Shown here in pieces: positions 12,501 to 24,753 of a stretch of DNA of 64,000 nucleotides (the first letter of the stretch is position 1; each line of letters begins with the position of its first letter). Source of the DNA: Squalus acanthias (lineage: Eukaryota); NCBI GenBank assembly GCA_030390025.1, contig CM059432.1:55678001-55742000 (forward strand), in the 5' to 3' direction. Both the position numbers and the translations under genes were made by a program. Below the pieces are notes generated by a model, which was not told the DNA's origin, ran no database searches, and was given only the letters and a program-made list of their open reading frames with translations.

Positions 12501-14400
12501 ATGACTGCTGCAAGAACCAAGGCTTCTCCCCGTTTTGATGATGACTCCCTCCATGCACTTGTGGAGGGAGTGAGAGGGCACAAGGAGGTTCTGTTCCCCT
12601 CCAATGGACGGAGGAAGCCTCCTCAACAAGCCAAGGCAGCCTGGCTGCAGATTGTTGAGGAGGTGAGTGCCAGGTCTTTGTGCTCACGTACCTGGGTTCA
12701 GTGCAGGAAAAGGTTCAATGATCTGCTCCACTCAACAAAAGTGAGTATAACATCACACTTACCTTCAATCTGCTTCCCATCTCTTCTCATCACCAGCACT
12801 CTGCATTGTCAACCTACTCCTGCACATCCCAACTTACCCTTACATCCCTTGCACCCTCACCCATCCCTCTCTCTCTATGTACAGAATCACTTCACCATCC
12901 TACTATGCAGCCCTCACACTCGCTCTCGCTGTTATGCAATGACAACAACTAACAACGCACAGGGAGGGCCCTTGGTATTGGCACCTCACTCCATCTTTGT
13001 CTCCCTCTAAGCATCTATGTTATGGATTCTCTACACTCACCCCAACATTCTCACTCAAACTCCACTTGTGTCCCTCATTGCAGGAAAAGAGAGCCCACAA
13101 TAAGAGGGAGAGGGGGAGGACAGGAGGAGGCCCACCTTCCATGGCGCATTTAACCAACGCCGAGGAGACTGCTATCAAGATCGTCGGAGGTGCAGAGGAG
13201 CTAGAAGTGGGTGATGGAGAGACGGGCGCAGTAGAGCAAGCTGGTGACAGAATAGATTTTCAACCCTCTCATTTAGATTTCATGAGTGACTGATATGGCA
13301 TCTGATGTTCATACAGATTGAGTTCTGATCATCTACACATGGGATGTGTCTGCTACGTAAATAGCACATGTCGAACTCATGCCTTTACTCCTCCACAGGA
13401 CCATCGCGAGCCCCCCGCTCCCCACTCTCCAGGAGGAAGAGCCGGACGACTCCTCAGAGGAAGCTGCAGCCTCTGAGGGAGCAGCATCAGCAGAAATGAG
13501 CGCACCCAGCACCAGCGCAGACACTCACACCTCGGTGGGTCATTCGCAAGATAGAGTAGTGTTGTCACCTGGTGTATCACAGCTCACAATTGAGCATCAG
13601 CAGATAGTGGAGACAGGAACAGCAGAGGAGAGTCCTCGTCGGAGGGCGCTGGACACTCCTAGCTCTGCCCAGCTGCATGTAGACGCTGAGCCTCTGGGGC
13701 CATCCAGAAAGAGAGCGGTGCTGGAACTTCAGGAACAAGTGCAGGAGGCTCTGACAGGGTTTGCAACCACGGTAACTGCGAGCGTGCAGAAAATGGAGGA
13801 GACCATGTCAAACATGAGCAATGCCATGGTGCATGCAATGGCAAATGTAGGTGCAGCCATGGAAAGGATGGCAACCTCCATGGAGGACTTAAATCGCCAG
13901 ACACAGCAGAACATGGTAACACTTCTAAATAGATGGTCATCTATGGAGGATAGATGGGCATCTATTGAGGAGAGAAACCAGAGGTACATGGACGTCCCCG
14001 TTATGAGGAATGTCAGCACAGAAATGGGTCCTCATGGCCCCCCTGATGTGCAGCAAGGTGCTCTCCAGCTACTTGCTAACAGTGAAGTGTGGGTGACCCA
14101 TGAGAGGGATGTTGGTGGTCGACAACAAGGAAGTGTGGGCTCCTCTCCAAGTGCTTACACTCCCATGCCACTGCGGAGCCCTCGGTCAACCCAACTGAGA
14201 TGGCCGTCTCAGCCCCTGCACAGCCGCAGGAGGAGCAGACTGTTGCCGAGCCCTCACAGGTTCCCAAACCCAGAGGACGCCCACCAAAGGTGCCTAACCA
14301 GGTGCAGCAGAGAAGTGAGCAAGCTGCCTCTTCATCAGCTGAAGCCACAGGGGAAGCACCACGTAGAAGCACACGTAAGAGAAAGTTAATTTTGATATAA
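12501..14400 (+). pseudogene. Harbinger Myb/SANT-like DNA-binding protein, 3 exons (12501-12740, 13084-13243, 13399-14400), frameshifted in exon 3
   Basis: PRFDDDSLHALVEGV...W...QCRKRFNDL trihelix motif and GT-AG sites. Exon 2 contains KRAHNKRERGRTGGG; PRGRPPK lies near the C-terminus. Frameshifts near 13415 and 14180. Confidence 0.85.
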
Positions 14401-14632
14401 TACAAAGTTACATTTCTCATCGTTATTTCAATTGTATTAAAGAAATGCGATATCAAAGATTCAAAGAGTTGGGATATGTGTGCTCAGAAATGGAAGTTGG
14501 CCTTTCATCTGTAGTGGTGGTGGGGAGAGTGATAGGAATGTACAGTTTATTGTACAGATGCTGTAGGTGTGTAATGAAAGTCGTGCAAACACTCATTTCC
14601 ATGTGCCAGCCACATATGTTTGCTGCATAAAG

Positions 14633-15190
14633 TTACGTAAATCTGGCATGGATAAGGGCATCCCTTGCCTCACGGCCAGCAATGTGCTCACGTGCTGGTG
14701 GAACTGGCACAGCCGCCTCCACAAGGTCTTCCTCATCTGCCACCTCCTCCTCCTCCTCCTCTTCTGAGGAGGCTGTGCGCTGAGCCACTTGTTCCTCAGG
14801 CAGCAGTAAGCCACATTGCTGTGCAATGTTGTGCCGAGCACAGCAGACCACGATGATTCTGGACACCCTGGCTGGTGCATACTGTAGGGCTCCACCAGAT
14901 CTGTTCAGGCATCTGAATTGCATTTTGAGCAAGCCGATGATGTTTCTGGTGGAAATGTGGCTCTCACTCTCACTGTAGCGCTCCTCAGCTTCGTTTGATG
15001 GCCTCCTCATCGGTGTCATTAGCCACGTCTTCAGGGGATAGCCCTTGTCTCCAAGGAGCCTTCCGGAAAGTGGGGTTGGCGGATTGAACAGCTGAGGCAC
15101 AGTGAACTGCCGCAGGATGAACGAGTCATGGCAACTGCCAGGGAACTTACCGCAAACATGCATAATGTTCTTCCTGTGGATACACAACAG
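14633..15190 (-). pseudogene. Harbinger (HARBI1-like) DDE transposase, C-terminal half only
   Basis: Motifs [20 protein letters not shown] and FRCL. The N-terminal half is deleted up to the TIR. Confidence 0.9.
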
Positions 15191-15897
15191 CTGGACTCAA
15201 AATCGCGGCCATAGTGCGTGACTTGCTAGGAGTACCATGGGGTTGGTCGGCTGGTATGCTGGATGCCAGCAGCCTTTGTAGCACCAATATTTTTTTGCTG
15301 ATTAAAACGCTGGGAACCTAAGTTCCTTTTCAGGATTTAGCCAATGAAGGCAAATAAAAACAGCAAAGAAATGTTACTCTATAATGATGCCAATCAAAAG
15401 CAGAAATGTTATTTTATGGGCAGAAGAGTCAATTCTAAACCTTTCGCAGCAACGGGGGCCCCAACTGAATTATAGGGCTTTGGCCTAACTTGCATGGAAA
15501 CTGGAGCCTTTTTGCATATTTGCTATGTATGCTGTATGTACGACGTCGTCAGTGCACATTAAGGAGTGTGGAGCATATCAGACACCATAGAGAGGACTCA
15601 GTGCACGATTGTGCAGGATTTCGGGTGCTCAACATTGCCCAGTCAGTTAGTCTCAAACCAGTTTCTACTAAGGCTGCAAAAAAAACTGTTTAAATTTGCC
15701 ACTAAATAGCCCATCTCCCTGAGAAATACTACAAAGAAGGCTGATGTGGGAAATAGAAATTTCTCACTGTCCCAGTAACGGGTGCCCTTCTGAATTTGGG
15801 GCTAAGACATATTTTTGCATCAGAGTAAAGGGAGCTTTACTTTGCATCTAAACCATGTTTTCCTGCCACAGTTTATTACAGTTAACAAGCTTCTATT

Positions 15898-16188
15898 TAG
15901 ATTTCCGTTTGGCTCTTCAACCTTGTTCATCTTCATTGATTTCAGTTTCCCTTCTCGTGTTTGCTAGCCTTGCATATCTCTTAATGTCTCTTAATGTCTC
16001 TTCATCTTCCCCTTTGTTCCTTTATCCCCTCCCCCTTTTCCCAGCTTTACCCTGGCCTTAAATCTATTTGATTTCCGGCTCTTCCCAGTTCTGATGAAAG
16101 GTCATCGACCTGAAACGTTAACTCTCTTTCTCTCTCCACGGATGCTGCCTGGCCTGCTGAGTTTTTCCAGCGTTTTCTGTTGTTATTT
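15898..16188 (+). mobile_element. Penelope pLTR fragment
   Basis: ~15964-16188 is nearly identical to 30195-30419. TSD AAGCTTCTATT (15887-15897, 16189-16199). Confidence 0.85.
16087..16123 (+). ncRNA. Minimal hammerhead ribozyme motif
   Basis: AGTT-CTGATGA-A-AGGTC(ATC)GACCT-GAAA-CGTT-AACT. Confidence 0.75.
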
Positions 16189-17584
16189 AAGCTTCTATTA
16201 CTACTGTGTTTTTTAAATGATACATATAATCTCCAGAAGCTGCACCACCTCATAGGTTCAGCAGAGGTAAGAATGCATTTCTAATTCAATGAAATCATTA
16301 TTTGTCCTTCTCAGGTCCTGTACTTACAGGGGCAGTGAATGACTTGGTTGGCATTATGCCATCTGGAGTAGAAATGGCAGACTGTTTTTTAAAATAAAAA
16401 GCCAGTCTATTAAACATACACAGTACAAAAGATTGGCTGTTTATTAAACTCTATCTGGACCGTCTGTCACAGACCAGTACTCGCTGTGCAGGAGCAGGGT
16501 GCCCATTACTGACACTGAGTTTCACCAGCCAATGTAGCCATGAGCATGCTGAACAAGAACAAAAGGTTACAGTGAGTACGATGGGAAAGTGTTCATCAAA
16601 ATACACTTTGTTCTACTTTAATTGGAAATTGCAGCAAGGAAGCTGAAAGTTGGCCAAAGTGTTACATCAAGCATGTCCATATGTGCGAATTCATCTATTA
16701 GCTCTGGTTCCAAATACAGTGCATCCTCTAAAAACTTTATGATGTCCTACTAACATATTGCAGACTTCCAGTGGAAATTTAACATTTTATATAGCTTTAC
16801 ATAACTACAATTCTTAACTGCTTCCCCCAGGTTAGAGTATGGCATCAGGAATCAGGAACACCACTACATAGTGCCACACATCATATCATGTTAAGGGAAG
16901 GGGGCAAAGGAAGAAAGATGAAAAAGCACCATAACTAAGCGCCTACTAGAAATCATCTTAGAGCGGGAAATAAGTGCCATGGGGCATAAAAGGGGGAAAA
17001 AACTTAAAAACATAAATAGTAGCTCTTTAATAATTTTATTTCAAACGAGAGACCAATGCGCACAACACTAGGATCATTAATCTGAAATATTAAATTTAAA
17101 TCACTTTCAAGAAGTGTAAAATATTGTCAAAAGTATCATAATTATTACATATTTCTTCAAGGAGTTTACATACTGTATTCTCTAATTCCATAATAAGAAG
17201 CAGGAAAAGTACTTAAAGCTCACAATCCTAAAAAAAATGCATCACTATCATTACAGGAAGAATAAGTTGCACTTTGGGAATAGCTGAGTACTAGAAATCA
17301 TTTCTAAGTTTCAAACCAACAAAATGGATGCTACAGCATTAACTCTTCCCACCCCAACAGCAGTCTCCTTCCTATTGGGACTTTTTGTACACACCCATTT
17401 GTCGCAGTTTCTCCTCTTATATCTCACTTATAACCACATGGGCTCATATAGTTGGGAGGCTGAAGAGTCAACCACAAAATTCTCCATAACCTTCACCTAG
17501 TTCACTCCATCAATGACTAGGATACAAATCTCCCTCCCACTGCCAACACTGTCAGATTCACCCCTCCCCAACTCCAGACAGAAG

Positions 17585-19092
17585 TTTTTTTTAATTCATT
17601 CATGGGATGTGGGCGTTGCTGGCAAGGCCAGCATTTATTGCCCATCCCTAGTTGCCCTTGAGAAGGTGGTGCAGAGCCGCCTTCTTGAACCGCTGCAGTC
17701 CGTGTGGTGAGGGTACTCCCACTGTGCTGTTAGGGAGGGAGTTCCAGGATATTGACCCAGCGACGATGAAGGAATGGCGATATACTTCCAAGTCAGGATG
17801 GTGTGTGACTTGGAGGGGAAATTGGAGGGGGTGGTGTTCCCGTGCACCTGCTGCCCTTGTCCTTCTAGGTGGTAGAGGTCGCGGGTTTGGGAAGTGCTGC
17901 CGAAGAAGCCTTGGCAAGTTGCTGCAGTGCATCTTGTAGATGGTACACACTGCAGCCACGGTACGCCGGTGGTGGATGGGGTGCCAATCAAGTGGGCTGC
18001 TTTGTCCTGGATGGTGTCGAGTTTCTTGAGTGTTATTGGAGCTGCACTCATCCAGGCAAGTGGAGAGTATTCCATCACACTCCTTACTTGTGCCTTGTAG
18101 ATGGTGGAAAGGCTTTGGGGAGTCAAGAGGTGAGACACTCGCCGCAGAATACCTAGCCTCTGACCTGCTCTTGTTGCCACAGTATTTATGTGGCTGGTCC
18201 AGTTAAGTTTCTGGTCAATGGTGGCCCCCCAGGATGTTGATGGTGGGGGATTCGGCGATGGTAATGCCGCTGAATGTCAAGGGCCTGTGGAAAGACTCTC
18301 GCTTATTGGAGATAGTCATTGCCTGGCACTTGTGTGGCGCGAATGTTACCTGCCACTTATCAACCCAAGTCTGAATGTCGTCCAGGTCTTGCTGCATGTG
18401 GGCATAGACTGCTTCATTATCTGAGGAGTTGCGAATGGCACTGAACACTGTGCAGTCATCAGCGAACATCCCCATTTATGACCTTTTGTTGGAGGGAAGG
18501 TCATTGATGAAGCAGCTGATGATGGTTGGGCCTAGGGCACTGCCCTGCAGTGATGTCCTGGGGCTGAGATGATTGACCTCCAACCACCATAACCATCTTC
18601 CTTTGTGCTAGGTATGACTCCAGCCAATGGAGAGTTTTCCCCCGATTCCCATTGACTTCAGTTTTACTAGGGCTCCTTGATGCCACACTCGGTCAAATGC
18701 TGCCTTGATGTCAAGGGCAGTCACTCTCACCTCACCTCTGGAATTCAGCTCCTTTGTCCATGTTTGGACCAAGGCTATAATGAAGTCTGGAGCTGAGTGG
18801 TCCTGACAGAACCCAAACTGGGCATGAGTAAGCAGGTTATTGGTGAGTAAGTGCCTCATGATAGCACTGTCGATGACCTTCCATCACTGATTGAGAGTAG
18901 ACTGATGGGGCGGTAATTGGTCGGATTGGATGTGTCCTGCTTTTTGTGGACAGGACATACCTGGGCAGTTTTCCACATTGCTGGGTAGATGCCAGTGTTG
19001 TAGCTGTACTGGAACAGCTTGGCTAGAGGCACGGCTAGCTCTGGAGCACAAGTCTTCAGCACGACAGCCGGGATGTTGTCGGGGCCCATAGA
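17585..19092 (-). mobile_element. 5'-truncated non-LTR retrotransposon (CR1-group, distinct family), frameshifted RT
   Basis: Fragments GPDNIP..LK, NYRPISLLS, QFGF, LDIKAAFDRVWH and FADD. A-rich tail at ~17585. Confidence 0.9.
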
Positions 19093-19311
19093 CTTTGCTT
19101 TTTCTATTGTTGTTAAAAAACAGAAAAATCCGAACAGTCAAAGCAAGCAAATTTCAATGTTGCGCAATTAAGGTTTCTTGGTTGGAATTTGGAAGCTGAA
19201 CTTCCTGAGTTGCTGGACCATTCCGAGGATTTTAAGGAATGGCATTGAATTAGTTTGGATGTGCTCATACTAAAAGACATTTGTAGTTATTTCTATTACT
19301 GTTTACTTACA

Positions 19312-19420
19312 TCACTAAGTGACCACACTTCAAAAGTAATTAATTGACCTTGAAGCACTTTGGGATGTGCTGAAGATACGAAAGGCACCATATAAATTCA
19401 AGTTTGTTCTTCCTTTTTTT
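19312..19420 (+). mobile_element. Degenerate L2/SINE 3' tail
   Basis: Diverged match to 6850-6957. Confidence 0.55.
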
Positions 19421-20122
19421 ATAAAGCAATATAAAATTCTTTTTAGGACAAGAAGTTACATTGAAAAATTGAAAAGTTTCATGTTTAATAAAAAAAAGAA
19501 AATGCTAAGCATGCCCTCGTCCATGGTTCTTAAAGAATGAATGTTAAACTTGTGGTTGCAAAGCATCATCATTGAACTCAATACTCATAGTTGTTCAGAC
19601 GATGAGAACAGATTTCCCAAGTTTGCTCAGTATTGCAAGCTTCTCCATTCGTGGGGTAGCAGAGAAAGCATTTTAAGGTTGTACTGATGCACAACCTGTA
19701 GCTGCTTAGTATGGACACAAACAATTAGAAGATATTTCTGACAGACCAGGCAGGATGGTATTTAATATTATATACAGAGTGGGCATCTTTGAAATATACA
19801 GCACAACGAAAAATGATTGCTGTGGGAACAGCAGCAAAACAACGGCTGCAACTATGAAATAAATTGCTCTTATCCAGACTCAGATTCAGCCTCAAATGGG
19901 TTCAAAGAAAACAAATATCATTTACCTTTCATAATTAAGAGACCATCAAAACAATTTAGAAAATCTTCAGTTCACAAACACAACAATAACATGTAATTTC
20001 TCTGCTGCAATCCAGGATCCAAAAATGTATTATCCTTTTTATTACAGAAATTCAATTTTTCTTCACTTAAACTAACGTACAACGTGCTAATGATGGCACA
20101 AAAATACAGCATTAAACAGGTT

Positions 20123-21060
20123 GGGCTGGCTTTTAAGGAGGAGGGCGGGATGGGAGCGGGGCGGGCTCCGAGGCGGTCAGGAAACCCAGAAGGCCGGGTT
20201 TCCCACAGGCCGGGCTGACTTTAACAGCAGGGCCTGATTTGCCTGCGATACTTCGGTTTCCCACCCGCAGCCAGGCAGATTGAGAGGCAGGCTGGCTGCA
20301 GACAGGTAAGCCTGTGGCACTCGGCCACACAGAGGAGGGAGTGAAGGATCGGGCAGGGCCGTTAAAAGGATTAAGGTGGGGCGAGGTCGGCCAGGGATCG
20401 AGCCGTGCTGGTAAAATGATCGGGGACAGTGGGTCGGCCAGGGATTGGGGATCGGGCCGGTAAAAGGATAGGGGGGGGAAGGGGTTGGCCAGGGATCGGG
20501 CCGTGCCATTAAAAGGATCCGGGGGGGAGAGGGTCGGCCAGGGATCGGGCTGTGCCATTAAAAGGAACTGGGGTGGTGGGTGGCGTTGGGCAGACGATCG
20601 GTGATGGGAGTGAGGATCGGGGCCGGATGATCGGGGTGGTGAAGGGGAGATCGTGGCCGGCCACCAGAGGATCGTGGCCAGGTCTCCGATCGCGGGGGGG
20701 GGTGGGGGCGGTGGATTAGGCAGGGACCCTGGATCCAGGCGGTAGGTGTAAAGGCACTTACATCCTGGATCCAGCAGTTCCTGCCTTGCTGTAACTGCTA
20801 GGTTTTACGAATTGTGTAAAATCCGTCCACATGCAGTTAAAAACAAAAATGAGTTTAAAAAGAGGCTTCCAGCCTCATTATAATATTTAAATTGACCTCC
20901 CGCCTCCTGGGAGCGAGTTGGTCGCCTGCCCCCGTCCCGCCTGCGTTAAAACTGGAAGTGGCCGGGTTGGAAGCGGGTTCAAGTCGAGAATCCCATTTTT
21001 AACAATTTAACTACCCCCAAGCCCCCAGCCCACCTATTTTTTTAGGTTAAAATTCCTTCC
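20123..21060. mobile_element. Harbinger MITE (GGGCTGGATTTT family) with internal G-rich minisatellite
   Basis: Colinear with 38204-38939 along its whole length. Ends GGGCTGGCTTTT ... AAAATTCCTTCC. Confidence 0.8.
20350..20575 (+). repeat. G-rich ~50-bp tandem repeat, about 4-5 units
   Basis: Recurring GGTCGGCCAGGGATCGGGCCG...TAAAAGGA units. Confidence 0.75.
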
Positions 21061-21286
21061 TTTGCTCATCTCAGACAGGTGCAATAGTTAGTTGCAACCT
21101 CGTCAGGTTTTGTGTGGGGGAGCAGGGCAGGAGAAATTGTCTGGGGTTCCCACTCTAATAAACCTTGCTGCAATGTGCATTTTATGTGGATATCACGTAG
21201 GATAAAAGTCAGGCTTGCCTGTGATGCCCTATATGGCAAAATAGCCTACCAGCTCTCACTGTTTAGCTCATAAATGAAGACTGGTC
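21061..21286 (+). mobile_element. Possible ancient SINE fragment (AmnSINE2-like)
   Basis: CTGTGATGCCC...AATAGCCT.CC..CTCACTGT..AGCTCA....TGAAGA resembles my recollection of that family. Not verified. Confidence 0.35.
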
Positions 21287-22545
21287 ATAAGAATATAAGA
21301 AAATAAGAATTAGGAGCAGGAGTAGGCCATATGGCCCTTCGAGCCTGCTCCGCCATTCAATAAGATCATGGCTGATCTTTGACCTCAACTCCACTTTCCC
21401 GCCCGATCCCCATATCCCTTAATTCCCTTAGAGTCCAAAAATCTATCTACCTCAGCCTTGAATATACTCAACGACTCAGCATTCACAGACCTTTGGGGTA
21501 AAAAATTTCAAAGATTCACAACCCTCTGAGTGAAGAAATTCCTCCTCATCTCAGTCTTAAATGGCCGACCCCTTATCCTGAGACTATGCCCCCTAGTTCT
21601 AGACACTCCAGTCAGGGGAAATAACCTCTCAGCATCTACCCTGTCAATCCCCCTCAGAACCTTAATGTTTCAATGAGATCACCTCTCATTCTTCTAAACT
21701 CCAGAGAATATAGGCCCAATCTACTCAATCTCTCCTCATAGGGCAACCCTCTCATCCCAGGGATCAATCTAGTGAACCTTTGTTGCACCACCTCTCCGGC
21801 ATGTATGTCCTTTCTCAGATAAGGAGACTGAAACTGTGCACAGTACTCCAGGTGTGGTCTCACCAAAGCCCTGTACAAATGTAGTAAGACTTCCTTACTC
21901 TTGTACTCCAACCACCTTGCAATAAAGGCCAACATGCCATTTGCCTTCCTAAGTGCTTGCTGTACCTGCATGCTAACTTTCTGTGTTTCCTGTATGAGGA
22001 CACCCTCTCTCTGAACACCAGCATTCAATAGTTTCTCACCATTTAAAAAATGTTCTGTTTTTCTATTCTTCCAACCAAAGTAAATAACCACATTTCCTCA
22101 CATTATACTCCATCTGCCATCTGTCTTCCCCACAGCTTACTTTCCCACCTAGCTTTGTATCGTCAGCAAACTTAGATACATTACATTCAGTCCCTTCATC
22201 TAAGTCATTAATATAGATTGTAAATAGCTGAGGCCCCAGCACTGATTCTTTTGACACCCCACTAGTTACAGCCTGCCAACCAGAAAATGACCTGTTTATC
22301 CCTACTCTATGTTTTCTGTCCATTAACCAATCTTTTATCCATGCTAATATATTATTCCCAACCCCATGAGCCCATATCTTGTGTAGCAACCTTTTATGTG
22401 GCACATTATTGAATGCCTTTTGGAAATCCAAAGATACAACATCCACTGGTTCCCCTTTATTGACCCTGCTAGTTACATCCTCAAAAAACGCAAATAAATT
22501 TGTTAAACACGATTTCCCGTTCATAAAATTATACTAACGCTGCCT

Positions 22546-23320
22546 AACAACAACAATAACAACTTGTATTTATATAGCACCTTTAATGTAGCAAAACGTC
22601 ACAAGGCACTGCACAGGAGTATTATAAGACAAGAAATTTGACACTGAGCCACATAAGGAGAAATTAGGGCAGGTGACCAAAAGCTTCATCAAAGAGGTAG
22701 GTTTTAAGGAGCATCTTAAAGGAGGAAAGAGAGGTAGAGAGGCGGAGAGGTTTAGGCAGGGAATTCCAGAGCTTAGGGCCTTGGCAACAGAAGGCACAGC
22801 CACCAATGGTTGAGCGATTAAAATCAGGGATGCTCAAGAGGGCAGAATTAGAGGAGCGCAGATATCTCGGGGGGTTGTGGGAATGAAGGAGATTACAGAG
22901 ATGGGGAGGGGCAAGGCCATGGAGGGGTTTGAAAACAAGGATGAGAATTTTGAAATCGAGGCGTTGCTTAACCGGGAGCCAATGTAGGTCAGCGAGCACA
23001 GGGGTGATGGGCGAACGGGACTTGGTGCGAGTTAGGACACGGGCAGCCGAGTTTTGGATGACTTCAAGTTTACGTAGGGTGGAATGTGGGAGGCCAGCCA
23101 GGAGTGTATTGGAATAGTCAAGTCTAGAGGTAACAAAGGCATGGATGAGGGTTTCAGCAGCGGATGAGCTGAGGCAAGGGTGGAGACGGGCGATGTTACA
23201 AGGTGGAACTAGGCAGTCTTTGTTATGCTGCGGATATGTGGTCGGAAGCTCATTTCAGCGTCAAATATGACACCAAGGTGGCGAACAGTGTGATTCAGCC
23301 TCAGACAGATGTTAGGGAGC
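22546..23320 (-). mobile_element. L2 LINE 3' fragment nested in CR1
   Basis: LADLHWLPVKQRLDFKILILVFK (L2 ORF2 C-terminus) and a (TTG)n tail. Confidence 0.9.
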
Positions 23321-23736
23321 ATATTTTGATTTTCTAAGTGCCCTGTTACCACTTCCTCAATAATGGATTCCAGCATTTTCCTGACCACTGATGTCAGGCT
23401 AACTGGCCTGTAGTTACCTGTTTTCTCTCTCCCTCTTTTATTGAATAGCGGAGTTACATTTGCTACCTTTAAATCCACTGGGACAGTTCTAGAATCTAGG
23501 GAATTTTGGAAGATCACAACCAATGCATCCACTATCTCTGCAGCCACCTCTTTTAGAACCCTAGGATGTAGGCTATCGGGTCCAGGGGAATTGTCGGCTT
23601 TTAGTCCTATTAGTTTCTCAAGTACTTTTTCTCTACTGATATTAATTACTTTAAGTTCCTCACTTTCATTAGCCACTTGGTTCCTCACTATTTTTGTTAT
23701 GCTTTTTGTGTCTTCTACTGTGAAGACAGATACAAA

Positions 23737-24524
23737 GAGCTGGATTTTACCGGGTCCCACCCGCATGGTGCGGGGGGACCCGGGAGACGACAGGAACCTC
23801 GTAAGGTTGGGTTTCCCGGCACGCTGTGGCGTTTTAACTCCACAGCGTGCGTGCGACGTCAGGGGTGGGTTTCCCACCCGGAAGTCAGCCTGATTGAAAG
23901 GCTGGCTTCCAGTCATGCGGGGAAGTTGGAGAAGGAGGCCGCAGCTACAGGTAAATGCTGGGCCCAGGATGGGGTGGGGGTGGGTGGTCAAAGCCCTAGG
24001 GTGGGGGGCGATACCCCAGGGAGGGTCCGATCACCTGGGAGGGATCCAATCCCTGACCACCCGGGCTAAGTCGCAATCCCCTGGGGTGGGGATGATGTTC
24101 CAGGCCCGGGGGGTGTCCGATCCCGGCGACGGGGGGGGGGGGGGGAGGGGGGTGGTATCGCATCCCCGACTCCGTGGAGGGCCAGGCTGATGGTGGGGGA
24201 GCTTAGGGGGCCGGGAGGAAGCACTCTTGCTCCTCCCAGCCCACAAGCATTGCTCCCCAAAGCTGAGGCTGCCTCGTTGTCACCACCAGGATCCCCGGCT
24301 GCCTGCAGTAAAACCTGTAAAGCAGGTTAAAGTAGAGGCTTCAGGCCTCATTATAATATGTAATTTGCCAACCCGCCTCTTGGCAGCGGGTTGGCAGCCC
24401 GCCACACCGTCCCGCCTGAGTTCAAGCTGAAAGTGGGCGGATTGGGGTCGGGGTTCACATTTTTTCAACTTTCACTTCCCTCACGCCTCCAACCCACTCG
24501 TCCTTACCTCTGAAAATTCCAGCC
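23737..24524. mobile_element. Harbinger MITE nested in CR1
   Basis: Ends GAGCTGGATTTT ... AAAATTCCAGCC and TSD AAA. CR1 sequence resumes on both sides. Confidence 0.85.
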
Positions 24525-24534
24525 AAAATATTTG

Positions 24535-24753
24535 TGACATGAATCTGTCATTCATGACTTATGAAATAATACTGAGTGGCCTGCGGGTGGCGCTGTCCAG
24601 GGAGAGTATAAATACTCGGGCACGGGCCCAGCTTGTGCAGGACATTCTTAACAGGAACTAGTGAAGGACACAACTAGACCTCCATGTTGTAAAACAGTTG
24701 ATTAAAGCTTTGTTTAACGCTTAGACCAAGTGCCTAGTAGTTTTCTTGCGTCA
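24535..24753 (+). mobile_element. Solo LTR, 219 bp
   Basis: TGAC...GTCA termini, perfect 5-bp TSD ATTTG, internal TATAAA (~24607) and ATTAAA (24701). Confidence 0.85.

Larger units (their letters stand above)
12237..15210 (+). mobile_element. Harbinger transposon, internally deleted
   Basis: TSD ATA/ATA. Right TIR is AAAATCGCGGCC; the left TIR lacks its first ~5 nt. Carries a Myb gene and a transposase remnant. Confidence 0.85.

Noticed and set aside
23209..23991. 260-aa chimeric ORF (also 50790-51113 and 33190-33474)
   Set aside because: Chance read-through across MITE/CR1/L2 junctions.
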